57,145 nucleotides of DNA from a virus (Duplodnaviria; Caudoviricetes): the IMG/VR virus record IMGVR_UViG_3300021085_000037, positions 1-57,145 of that record. One strand, given 5' to 3'. The position numbers were made by a program, and so were the translations under genes. Within the stretch, counting starts at the first letter, position 1. Each line of letters starts with the position of its first letter. This document shows positions 27,701 to 36,077 of this stretch, piece after piece. The notes under the pieces are model-generated. The model did no database searches, was not told where the DNA came from, and saw only the letters and a list, made by a program, of their open reading frames with translations.

Positions 27701-29535
27701 AAATCTATAAAGCTAAAAAATTCATATTGTATAGAAACATCTACACCAGGTGCTGACTCTGAATAAAAAGTTATAGCTGGTGCTTGAATAGAAAACCCTA
27801 TTGCTGTTGGAGTATATCTAAAACCTTGCTGTATACAAACACTGGTAGCTGGTGGCCCAATAGCGGCACACGCACCAGAGTCTATTGCACTATTCACTAT
27901 GTCCAGACTGGTAGCTGGTGGTGCTATCATATAATTATTAAACTTATCAGTAACAGTACCTCCTTGACCAGAAAGATTTGTAGGTACTAATGGTTGATAG
28001 TTTCCAATAGCTGTAGTACCAATTGGATTCTGAAACTCTGTAGAGTTTACTAAGTCATTCATTGTGTTGTAAATCTGGTTAGCTGTAAAGCTCCAGGTTA
28101 CACTAAATGGACTTGTCTGTTGAAAAGATGTATCTACATCAACACCACCATTACTCTGTGGATTTACCATTGCTCCTGTTGAGGGTGCTGACTGTAATGA
28201 AATATCAAAATTAAGAGTAAGACCAGGTTGAATAGGGAAAGTTAATGCACTTAAATCAAACGTAATTAAAGAGTCAAGAACACTACCACCACCTGGTTGA
28301 CCTATTGCATAAGCTATTCCGTTAGAAGCAACTGGAGTGTCTAATGCTACACCGCCTACTTCTTGTACTTCATGATCTGTCCTGTAACTAATTGGTATCT
28401 TTTGACCGTTTTGATTTACTATATCATATCCATCAACATAGTTTCCATATATAAGTCTATTGCCCTGAATGGTTTGTGCCTTTGCAGTTCGAGGAACATT
28501 ATCATATTGCCTTAATAATTCATCCGATCCTAATACTGTAAATATTTTACTATTAGTAAAAACTATGGTTTGCTGTATATTATCTGACCAACCTAAATCT
28601 GCTTTATTATATCTTTCTATTACATATATAGTATTAGATGTAGATTCTTTATAAAGCAAATCAACTTGAACAACTCTTTTAGATCCTGTAGAAAAACCAA
28701 TAGTAGCACCATTATATTTATTTACCATACCTCCATTATTGAAAGTAGTCAAGTCAAATCTAAAAGGGCCAGGTTCAAACACCGCATTAGTAAATAAAGA
28801 CGTAGCACTATAACCACCATCAGTATACCTATATCTATATGCAAAAGATAAAAATCTTGTTTCCATATAATTTTCATCTCCTGGAAACATTTCAGGCTGT
28901 ACAGTTGGAACTGGTAAAGGAATATTACCACCCGCTGGAGTCTCAAATCCAGGTGGCTTAACAATAACACTTATATCTTCTTCTACAATCCCGTCTACTC
29001 CAGCAACAGGATCATCGTAATTTCTTTTTACATTTATAGTTCGAGGTGCATTTTTGTCATCAGTAAAAAACAATAAGTCTTCTATTTTATTTACACCTGT
29101 TACTAAAAACTTAGGATCAAAATTTAATGTTGTATTAACACCTCCACCATCATCTACAGAAACAACATGATATGTAGTGGTATTGTTATTAGTATTAAAA
29201 GAAACAATCATATCAACCTTACCTGTGGTAGATAATGGATTGTTAGAGTCATGAATAAACCAATATATAGTTTCATTCATTCCATCTTCAAAAGAACCAA
29301 TACAAAATGTAGTAGGTGGTGCTGGATCAGCTGGTTCTGATAACGGACTTCCATTGTAAGATAAAAATGAAAGACGAGTATTCCCCTTAGAATTTTCTAC
29401 AGCTCCAATCTCAGTTGTTTCAGTAGAACCTAAACGTACATTAAGAGCATCAACATATTCGCCTGGAGGAACTAAACGCTCATCCACACTCTTATTCATT
29501 TTACCAGCTATAAAATTTGATCTAATATCTGCCAT
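24709..29535 (-). CDS. Tail stabilization/muzzle-like protein (1608 aa)
   Basis: F..GKMNKSVDERL.P.GEY.DALN start, FAYRYRY.DG.YS, GNRLIYGNY, EYGIS.NPESFA and GGFDPY..EY motifs recalled from crAss-related tail proteins. Confidence 0.65.
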   Translation of the reverse strand: MADIRSNFIAGKMNKSVDERLVPPGEYVDALNVRLGSTETTEIGAVENSKGNTRLSFLSYNGSPLSEPADPAPPTTFCIGSFEDGMNETIYWFIHDSNNPLSTTGKVDMIVSFNTNNNTTTYHVVSVDDGGGVNTTLNFDPKFLVTGVNKIEDLLFFTDDKNAPRTINVKRNYDDPVAGVDGIVEEDISVIVKPPGFETPAGGNIPLPVPTVQPEMFPGDENYMETRFLSFAYRYRYTDGGYSATSLFTNAVFEPGPFRFDLTTFNNGGMVNKYNGATIGFSTGSKRVVQVDLLYKESTSNTIYVIERYNKADLGWSDNIQQTIVFTNSKIFTVLGSDELLRQYDNVPRTAKAQTIQGNRLIYGNYVDGYDIVNQNGQKIPISYRTDHEVQEVGGVALDTPVASNGIAYAIGQPGGGSVLDSLITFDLSALTFPIQPGLTLNFDISLQSAPSTGAMVNPQSNGGVDVDTSFQQTSPFSVTWSFTANQIYNTMNDLVNSTEFQNPIGTTAIGNYQPLVPTNLSGQGGTVTDKFNNYMIAPPATSLDIVNSAIDSGACAAIGPPATSVCIQQGFRYTPTAIGFSIQAPAITFYSESAPGVDVSIQYEFFSFIDFSSTAGYLLVSNTLSLHSNRDYETAIVYMDDYGRASTALVANDNTIFVPPSASPDKNTIRVTLSNLPPYWATKYKFVVKPSEGLYQTLYSSQYYEDPEDASVFWFKLEGDNTNIAQTGMNLIIKMDTLGPINQEEICKILEIKAYGAGDLLNPGSLAGLYMSIKPGGFNTEIGDDANINYGNKSSKSNSTSCNLSNSYSLNFPSSSTNTGPYDLPAGSTIRVVINNWRGQKGNNCTDKHYRLDRSWISSIDYPNFYRWWYGDNRDMTDGSSHEMACQQFLNSGSGPYATSGSISAACFTTRLFCYGDETASTGDLKFRNRCGIPRCSSFWGDKRPGHVGTKIEITRGGQLIVWETEPEEVDPNLFYDASEMMDIYTDPADSQRYHKSSGGSNTDQSSVSSDLIQTLAFGNCFTFGNGVESFRITDSPATKYMVMGQRVTAVSNQDYKEADRFAGMTYSGVYSGAANSNNLNEFNLGLVNYKDCEPSFGPIQLLYSRETDILTLQEDRISYVLASKNVITDSTGGGAIASVPEVLGTQVARIEEYGISFNPESFAAWGADMFFTDTKRSSVINLRGTSRGNDQIQIISSYGMRSWFRDQFITQLGTQKIGGFDPYMNEYVISTNDRDIPTPAVGTACGTNLTQVNATNVLAYTVNLGQSIGQINIPYTVTSGSILVEATWNSTVFSSGVVNSSGTLSFQKTTNTPNDVEIKVTPQGTASYGITVDCPPSNDLTVIRIVLNSPSDSGKFIHYRYNWADGTTISPVTTSLASLTQGSPSEYISQTGQASVGSYPYSGSTINMSTSKQGFDDYDFDPLQDKLRLLSSNALYPNTPAGMNLLLQDPNLIDLVPILNPSTGVYESSILTTGVNMPPANNYLYLVWDLRETTQSQLCYSAATVSDVCCGNCSPVCTTTWFGPVQVSETLVCNTDTNSPGSNFWSFHGTGSIPQVGEVCYQGTACDISQHVPPGYYIVSPVQPSAAPKIWIQVGANGAVIASDNC

Positions 29536-29536
29536 A

Positions 29537-30457
29537 CTATTTTATCCATTTATCCTGACCTCTTAAGTTTTGTAAGAGTCGGCCAGGGTGTATGTTACTT
29601 AATCTTAATTTAGCATTTCTAAGCAAAGAAGATTTATCTTTTCTTGCTCGATTTACTACATATTCTTGAACCCCTAACTTACCATTCAAAATAGAATATC
29701 TAATATATGCATAGATAAATTCTTCAAATAATTTGTTAACCTGTACACGAGAATCATTCCCGTTTTCTAATCCATCTGAAACATACTCTAATACCACAAA
29801 CTCTCCAGCCATCTGTGAGTTAAAAGTAATTAGACCATCTTGTTTATTAATACTGAATGTTGGGTTTATGTTTGCGGTCTCCGTATTCAAACCAAACTTT
29901 CCTCCAATCTGATAATCAAAACACCACTGTCCATTTACACACCAACCCATCTGACCAGCATAAGGGCCTGTACCTGGATACATGTTTTTTTGAGTACCAT
30001 CTAATCTTTGTATATCAAAGAAAGAATCAGCTGGTTTCAATACATTACCATCTATATCAAATAATATTCTACAGTCATGATCTTGTAAATAAGCTCCACT
30101 CCAGTTTGTTTGTATGTTTTCTGTTAAAGGAAATAACATACCACCTTTCATAAGGTTTACCCTAACCCAGTTAACATAATCAGGAGGTAAAACAAATCTT
30201 AATGTATCACAAACTTTAAGTTCTAATATTTTTATTTCTTTCATTGCATCATAATGCAACTCTTGTATACCACGCTTAGCGTGGAATAAAACTTGATAAC
30301 GATTTATATTATTAACTAACTCATGATTTCCTTGATACATCATCATGAAATTATTAACTATATCTTCTAAAGAAACATATTGGTATGATCCCCAGTTCTC
30401 GTCAGTAGGTATTATTCCACTGTTTTCGTAATATTGATAATCTGTTATATAACTCAT
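29537..30457 (-). CDS. Tail ring/adaptor protein
   Basis: YQYVSLEDIVNNF, AKRGIQEL.YD and LPPDYVNWVRV motifs; position in the head-tail module. Confidence 0.6.
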   Translation of the reverse strand: MSYITDYQYYENSGIIPTDENWGSYQYVSLEDIVNNFMMMYQGNHELVNNINRYQVLFHAKRGIQELHYDAMKEIKILELKVCDTLRFVLPPDYVNWVRVNLMKGGMLFPLTENIQTNWSGAYLQDHDCRILFDIDGNVLKPADSFFDIQRLDGTQKNMYPGTGPYAGQMGWCVNGQWCFDYQIGGKFGLNTETANINPTFSINKQDGLITFNSQMAGEFVVLEYVSDGLENGNDSRVQVNKLFEEFIYAYIRYSILNGKLGVQEYVVNRARKDKSSLLRNAKLRLSNIHPGRLLQNLRGQDKWIK

Positions 30458-30459
30458 AA

Positions 30460-31413
30460 TTAACTACTTTCTTGGGTTTCTATTGTCTCTAATGAATTTC
30501 CAAATCCATATACCATTTCTTCTCTAATCTCTATACCTATGTATTGACATATCTTAGCTATCAATGTTGGCTCATCAGAATCTGGTAATTCAAACTCTTG
30601 AAAATCAGGTTGAGTTTGATCAAATAAAGGTTCACCACCGACTAAACTTAAGTAAGTCCATTTAGGATCTAATGGATACCTCACATACTGAGCTTGTATA
30701 TCTCCAGGATTCATAATAGTAGTAGGATATACCGTTACACTATTTGCATCCAAAACATAAGCTGGATATGTTTTTGTAGGATTAGTTAACATAGAATTAG
30801 TTAAATAGAATATTTTGTTTTGACTTACTCTTTCAACCTCTCTTGTATTAGTATTAGAATATATAACATAGCTATCTCCAATGTTTGGAAATATATCTGC
30901 ACTTAAATTAATTGTTGTAGAGCTTACTACTCCAGTAACATATGCTTGATTAAAGGTGCTTGTATTGACAATTATAGTACCAATATTTGGTGTTGGTGCT
31001 GAAGCTGGTATTGTAGTCCAACCTACAGCTAATGGATCAATTAATTGATTTACACCTGGCCCAGCTGATACTCCTGTAAATAAAGGAACTGAATAATAAA
31101 ATAATTTATTAATTAAGTAATAATCATTAGGCAGAGTAAATACATTAGCATTACTCTGAGCTAAAAAAACTTGAGTAGAAAAACTATCTATAACCTCTAC
31201 TAAACCTTTTACGATATTAGCATATCCTGTTCCAGATTGACGATTGTTTTCTTTATTAATCCAGTTGTTGTACTGGTAGAAATAATCTTCAAACATATCC
31301 ATCTGAGCCTGTTTAGCATATAGGTTAAAATCTTGTGGGGATATATATCCGTAATTATTTTTATTCGCTATAGCTAATACAGTGTTTCGTACTTCATTTA
31401 TTGATGCCGCCAT
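30460..31413 (-). CDS. Tail ring/adaptor protein
   Basis: V.NTVLAI.NK...GYISP..FNL.A.QAQ, LPNDYY and YVRYP..PKW motifs. Confidence 0.6.
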   Translation of the reverse strand: MAASINEVRNTVLAIANKNNYGYISPQDFNLYAKQAQMDMFEDYFYQYNNWINKENNRQSGTGYANIVKGLVEVIDSFSTQVFLAQSNANVFTLPNDYYLINKLFYYSVPLFTGVSAGPGVNQLIDPLAVGWTTIPASAPTPNIGTIIVNTSTFNQAYVTGVVSSTTINLSADIFPNIGDSYVIYSNTNTREVERVSQNKIFYLTNSMLTNPTKTYPAYVLDANSVTVYPTTIMNPGDIQAQYVRYPLDPKWTYLSLVGGEPLFDQTQPDFQEFELPDSDEPTLIAKICQYIGIEIREEMVYGFGNSLETIETQESS

Positions 31414-31441
31414 ATTATATAAACATTTCTACAAAGATAAC

Positions 31442-31477
31442 AAAAAAAAAGAGGTCTACTTTTTTTAGCAGACCTCT
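31442..31477 (-). terminator. Intrinsic terminator
   Basis: GAGGTCT/AGACCTC stem at 31451-31477 followed by a U9 tract on the - strand. Confidence 0.7.
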
Positions 31478-31498
31478 CTTAATATAATGTAAACTAAC

Positions 31499-32278
31499 TT
31501 ATGCTAATACAATATTCTCACAATAAAGTACAGGAGAAATTCCTCCCGCTTTTTTTAATGGAGAATTTATCAATGGCATTTCATTTACTACATGAGTCCA
31601 TTCAGACTCCATAGTTTTAATAGCCAAATCTAAAAACGCATTAGAATAACAGTAATCAACCTGAGCCTCATTAATTGTAAAGTTTAATGTTTTAGCATTA
31701 ACGCTTTCTTTATACTCTATAGATAGAGGTGTAGTTCCACCACCACCAGCAGTAGGTATAGGCATCATGATGTCTTTTAGGTTTACTAAAATACAACCAA
31801 ATCCATTTTGTGAAATCATAACAGCTTTATCTGTACCGTTATCATCAAAAATAAGATTATCGATCATTACTTCTGTATCGCTTACTACTGATACAACTTT
31901 TGCATGTAAACCAGTGTCTTCATTTAATACAAAGTCACCAGCTCTAACATTAGACAAAAATAATCCACTTGCATACGTTAGACTGTAAGCATCTGCTGGA
32001 CTCCATATTTTGAAGTTAGCACCTGTTACTTCTAATGTTACGTTACCAGCACCAGCAATTGTAAGTAGTGTATCACTATCTACTTTAGTTACTACTGAAG
32101 TAACCCAAACATCTGTGTCTAAAACTATATCCCCAACAGAAACCGCACTTGCGAATCCTCCTGTCCCGTAAGATAACTTACCAGGAACCGAAGCACTTGC
32201 TGCACCAGCTACTAAAGGGTTAGCCATGTCCGATACAAAATCATACATCGGGATTGGCACACTAATGAACTTACCCAT
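31499..32278 (-). CDS. Putative virion structural/decoration protein
   Basis: Likely start MGKFISVP at 32278, coupled to the upstream stop, rather than 32341; beta-rich. Confidence 0.6.
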   Translation of the reverse strand: MGKFISVPIPMYDFVSDMANPLVAGAASASVPGKLSYGTGGFASAVSVGDIVLDTDVWVTSVVTKVDSDTLLTIAGAGNVTLEVTGANFKIWSPADAYSLTYASGLFLSNVRAGDFVLNEDTGLHAKVVSVVSDTEVMIDNLIFDDNGTDKAVMISQNGFGCILVNLKDIMMPIPTAGGGGTTPLSIEYKESVNAKTLNFTINEAQVDYCYSNAFLDLAIKTMESEWTHVVNEMPLINSPLKKAGGISPVLYCENIVLA

Positions 32279-32553
32279 TAGGCAATTACGATTCCAGATA
32301 CTGCTTGTGGAGTAATCACAGAGTAAGTTACACGAGTCCAAGAAGTTGATAGTGCTGCCACTATTGCATCTTGAATTGCTTTTCTCATACTGAAGTTGAC
32401 TTGAGCAGCCGCAGTAATTGTTGCAGTATTACCATTTAAATAAGTAATAGTTGTTGTTGTTCCAGTAACAAGAGCTGTAACTGAAATAACGTCATTGACA
32501 TTCAAAAGAATGTCCCCAGATCCTGTCACTGGGATAGATAAGAATTTTTCCAT
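32278..32553 (-). CDS. Small putative virion protein
   Basis: 91 aa, Thr/Val-rich, preceded by a TATCTTTG element. Confidence 0.6.
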   Translation of the reverse strand: MEKFLSIPVTGSGDILLNVNDVISVTALVTGTTTTITYLNGNTATITAAAQVNFSMRKAIQDAIVAALSTSWTRVTYSVITPQAVSGIVIA

Positions 32554-32596
32554 TTTATAAAAAGTTTTAATGGGTTAATAAAGGACAAAGATAATC

Positions 32597-32623
32597 AAAA
32601 AAAAACACCCCAATTGGAGTGTT
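32597..32623 (-). terminator. Probable intrinsic terminator
   Basis: AACACCCC-AATT-GGAGTGTT imperfect hairpin with an adjacent A-run (U tract on the - strand). Confidence 0.55.
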
Positions 32624-32631
32624 CTTTATTA

Positions 32632-33384
32632 CTATTTTTTCTTTAGTATCTTTTTCAAGTACTTATAGATTTCTAAGCCATCGTCACTTTGGAAATAATC
32701 AGCAAGAATATATTCTGCGTCCTCTCCATAAGGTACTGCGGTTAGTTTTTTCTTATTATCTTTTAGATTAAAGTATACATCCTTACCATTATTTCTTAAA
32801 GTAATCAATTGGTTTTGGAAAAACAATACAACATCTTCTTGTACTTGTAATGTTGGATCATTAATTACCTCCATAAAATCATTAGGATAGTTTCTTGAGT
32901 ATACTAAGATATCTCTTTTTAGTTCTGCTGTACTTAATGTATCAACATCACCACCTAAAAGAACTCTACCAACCTGAACAAGTTTATCTAAATCTAAAGA
33001 TCTTGCTGCAATTTGTGCATCTAAAGCAATGTTCTCCATTTCTAAATCTTCAGCCGCATCCTTCTGATCATTAATCTCTTCAAAGACCTGACCGTTTGCT
33101 GGATGATAAGTAAGAAATTGTTGTAGTACTTGGTTATTTTTAGGAACATGTAGAAATCCATCTTCAAATATAATTGGTTCCATAATTGCATTACCATCTT
33201 GTTCATCCTCGAAAGGAGACTTTTGGTTTCTTGCATAACGAAGAGGTCTATTGGTTCCAGTCTCTTCATCGAAATGTAGAAGAGTACTTCTCTTAGAATG
33301 ATGAGAAGATAACATGTATGCTAACGGTGTATTGTTAGACTTTAGCTTATAGCTTTTAGCTACGAATTTTTTTGTTTTTGACAT
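32632..33384 (-). CDS. Conserved protein downstream of the major capsid gene
   Basis: 250 aa; RPLRYA.NQKSPF.DEQ and IIFEDG.L.V motifs; function unknown. Confidence 0.65.
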   Translation of the reverse strand: MSKTKKFVAKSYKLKSNNTPLAYMLSSHHSKRSTLLHFDEETGTNRPLRYARNQKSPFEDEQDGNAIMEPIIFEDGFLHVPKNNQVLQQFLTYHPANGQVFEEINDQKDAAEDLEMENIALDAQIAARSLDLDKLVQVGRVLLGGDVDTLSTAELKRDILVYSRNYPNDFMEVINDPTLQVQEDVVLFFQNQLITLRNNGKDVYFNLKDNKKKLTAVPYGEDAEYILADYFQSDDGLEIYKYLKKILKKK

Positions 33385-33407
33385 TTTATTTATAATTTAA
33401 TTAGATT

Positions 33408-33438
33408 AAAAAAAAAGGGGAGGAGGTTAATCCTCCCC
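33408..33438 (-). terminator. Intrinsic terminator after the capsid gene
   Basis: Perfect 8-bp stem GGGGAGGA-GGTTAA-TCCTCCCC at 33417-33438 plus a U9 tract on the - strand. Confidence 0.85.
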
Positions 33439-33453
33439 TAATTACTTACTTAC

Positions 33454-34869
33454 TTAGTCTTGGAATAAGAAGAAGTTGTTTGCACCTAAAGTACAACAAG
33501 CTCTCTCACTCAAGAAGTTTACTTGCATTGCATCAAGATCAGATGTTCTTGCACCACCAGCAGAACCAGTAATCCAAGTTTTGTAACGTCTGTCTTCAGC
33601 TTCTGAAGCTCTATATCTAACGTGTAAGAATGGACGCTTAGCGTTCTTTCCTAAGATTTGGTCATATACAGATGTAGATCCAGCTGGAACTAATAGTCCG
33701 CTAATTCCACCACCTACGATATCACCTCTCATTGAAGCATCGTTTAGATATTTCCAGTCAGACTTGTAGAAGTCATAACCTCTTCTGAATCCAGTGAATC
33801 CAAGATTTAAAGCCATGTCTTCATCATTGTCAAATAAACCATATGAAGTACCACCCGCTCCATAAGAGTTTTGAGCAGCTAACATATCGTCAATATCAAA
33901 TGAGAACTGACGGTCTACGAAAAGAACATTCTCTTCAATAGAACCTTGCTTGTCTAATCTCTGAATAACTGTATCGAATCCAGCAAGTGTTGTTGGGTTA
34001 CCACCACCCCATACATTACCTCTGTTTCCTACAACAAAGAATACACCTTCAGAACCAGCGTTGATTGTACCAGCAGCTGGAGCAGATGTAGAAAGTGCAG
34101 CTTCAGCACCAGAACCTGGAGCAGCTGGAACAGCCTCAATCATTGCAGTTTCAAGATAGTCTTCAAATCTCAATCTTGTTTCGTGCTCAGACTTCAAGTA
34201 CCATAGGTATCCTGATCCACCATTTTCAGTAGAAATTTCAACCCAACCAATTTGAGCCATGTCAGAACCACTTACCTCGTAAGTATCCTTAATGATAATT
34301 GGTTTGTTGTCAAAGAATACATCGTTTGCTTCTAATGAGTCTACCATTCCTGGAGTTCCTTTTGCAAATTCAGAACCGTAAATCATTACAGTTAAGTTTG
34401 TTGCAGCTGGAACAACACCAATAATCTCATAGTAAGATGCAGTGAATGTATTTGCAGTTACAGCAGTCACTACAGCTTTATTGCTAAGTGCAGATCCCGC
34501 AGTGTTGTCAGAAATAAATACCGTTTGTCCAACTCTAACAGCGATGTTAGAACCTACTGGATTAAGGGGATCATTTACTGTGAATACACCAGCAGTACCA
34601 CCAGCCGCAGCTACTGTTACTTGTGTGTATTTTGTGTGTAGTCTACCTTGCTCTGCCCATTTAATCATGTCAGAGTTTGAAGGCATTTCAGCACCTACCA
34701 TTCTTAAGAATGAAGCTACTGTTCTATTACCATATCTCTCAAATTCTTTCTCGTATGTATCTGGAAGATACTGATTAAGAAAATCGAAATTAGTAATATA
34801 GTTCGAAGGAAGTGCTACCCTTTCCGAAGAAGGTTGTAGATCAAATCCTGGGTTTGCTAATATTGGCAT
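33454..34869 (-). CDS. Major capsid protein
   Basis: 471 aa after portal and scaffold-like genes, followed by a strong terminator; QYLPD.YE.E.ERYG.R and WAEQGRLH motifs. Confidence 0.8.
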   Translation of the reverse strand: MPILANPGFDLQPSSERVALPSNYITNFDFLNQYLPDTYEKEFERYGNRTVASFLRMVGAEMPSNSDMIKWAEQGRLHTKYTQVTVAAAGGTAGVFTVNDPLNPVGSNIAVRVGQTVFISDNTAGSALSNKAVVTAVTANTFTASYYEIIGVVPAATNLTVMIYGSEFAKGTPGMVDSLEANDVFFDNKPIIIKDTYEVSGSDMAQIGWVEISTENGGSGYLWYLKSEHETRLRFEDYLETAMIEAVPAAPGSGAEAALSTSAPAAGTINAGSEGVFFVVGNRGNVWGGGNPTTLAGFDTVIQRLDKQGSIEENVLFVDRQFSFDIDDMLAAQNSYGAGGTSYGLFDNDEDMALNLGFTGFRRGYDFYKSDWKYLNDASMRGDIVGGGISGLLVPAGSTSVYDQILGKNAKRPFLHVRYRASEAEDRRYKTWITGSAGGARTSDLDAMQVNFLSERACCTLGANNFFLFQD

Positions 34870-34890
34870 TTCTTTTTAATTTTTAAATTA

Positions 34891-36021
34891 TTAACTTTTT
34901 TTAATACTTCTAATTTTGAGTCCTCTTCCACTACTCGTGTCACCTACAGCTCTGATTTTTAATCCATCTTTACTTAAGCTGGTTGGTGTCTTCCTCATCT
35001 CCATATTAATGTTCTTAGATTTTTTACTTACTTCATCTACAGCCGAGGTTACACCTTGATTGTAAAAGAACTCCGCAAACTTATCTAAGTTCATAGCAAC
35101 GGACATAGCCTTGTGGTATCCTTTAGCGTCTGAAATCATTCCTGTCTTTTCATCCATGAATTTCTTCGTGAAATTATTAACATCTGATTGCTTACTCTTT
35201 AGTTCACCACTGTCTCCAGGTTTGAATGTAAATTGTTTCTCTCCGATACTGAACTCAAAACCTTTGAACTCATCGTTAAAAACCTCAGCGGTTTTATCTA
35301 AGAAATAATCATACCTTCTCTGCTGTGCCTCTTGAGCATTAGTAGATTCCTCTATATAACTTTTATAACTATCAAATTTCTCTTTGTCTTCGCTTGATAA
35401 CCCACCCCCACTTGACTCAAGAGGAGCTTTATATTTATCTCGCTGTTCGTTAAGAAACTTTTTAGCTTTAACAAGTTCTCTTTTTTTAGCTAATTGCTTT
35501 TTCTTAATATCTTTTGGATCATCTAAATCTTCATCAAATGAAAACTTATCATCCATAATATCAGTAATGTCATCACTATCCAAACCTTCTTCGGTAGAAT
35601 TGTAATAAGCTCTTAGCACTTGGTCACCATCCATGTCATCATAGTTTCTTTGTAGTTTAACAAAGTCTTCAATACCACGACCAGTTTCCTTTTTATACTT
35701 AAAATACGCTGACACATCTTCTGGTAAATCTTCGTTTGAATTTTTTTGATCAAACAATCCTTCTACAGAATCTATATCTTTATCGTATCTATTTTTAATA
35801 TATTTAAGAACGTCTGCATCATTTATCTCTGATGCGGGAGTTTCTTCTTTTACTTCCTCAACTTTTTCAACCTCTTCTTCTTTAGGTTTACTATCCGTAA
35901 ACTTTTCTTCATGCTTAGCAAGTAATTGTTCTTCTACTTCAGCACGAGATTTTTCTTCTCCTGTTACTTCTTTAACAGTGAACTTTGGTTGTTCAGGTGT
36001 TTCGTTTTTGTTTTCTTCCAT
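34891..36021 (-). CDS. Putative scaffolding/head assembly protein
   Basis: Acidic, E/K-rich coiled-coil protein between portal and capsid genes. Confidence 0.6.
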   Translation of the reverse strand: MEENKNETPEQPKFTVKEVTGEEKSRAEVEEQLLAKHEEKFTDSKPKEEEVEKVEEVKEETPASEINDADVLKYIKNRYDKDIDSVEGLFDQKNSNEDLPEDVSAYFKYKKETGRGIEDFVKLQRNYDDMDGDQVLRAYYNSTEEGLDSDDITDIMDDKFSFDEDLDDPKDIKKKQLAKKRELVKAKKFLNEQRDKYKAPLESSGGGLSSEDKEKFDSYKSYIEESTNAQEAQQRRYDYFLDKTAEVFNDEFKGFEFSIGEKQFTFKPGDSGELKSKQSDVNNFTKKFMDEKTGMISDAKGYHKAMSVAMNLDKFAEFFYNQGVTSAVDEVSKKSKNINMEMRKTPTSLSKDGLKIRAVGDTSSGRGLKIRSIKKS

Positions 36022-36077
36022 TTTATTTAATTTAATTTGTACAAAGTTAATATATTATTTAATGTTTATTTAAGGTC

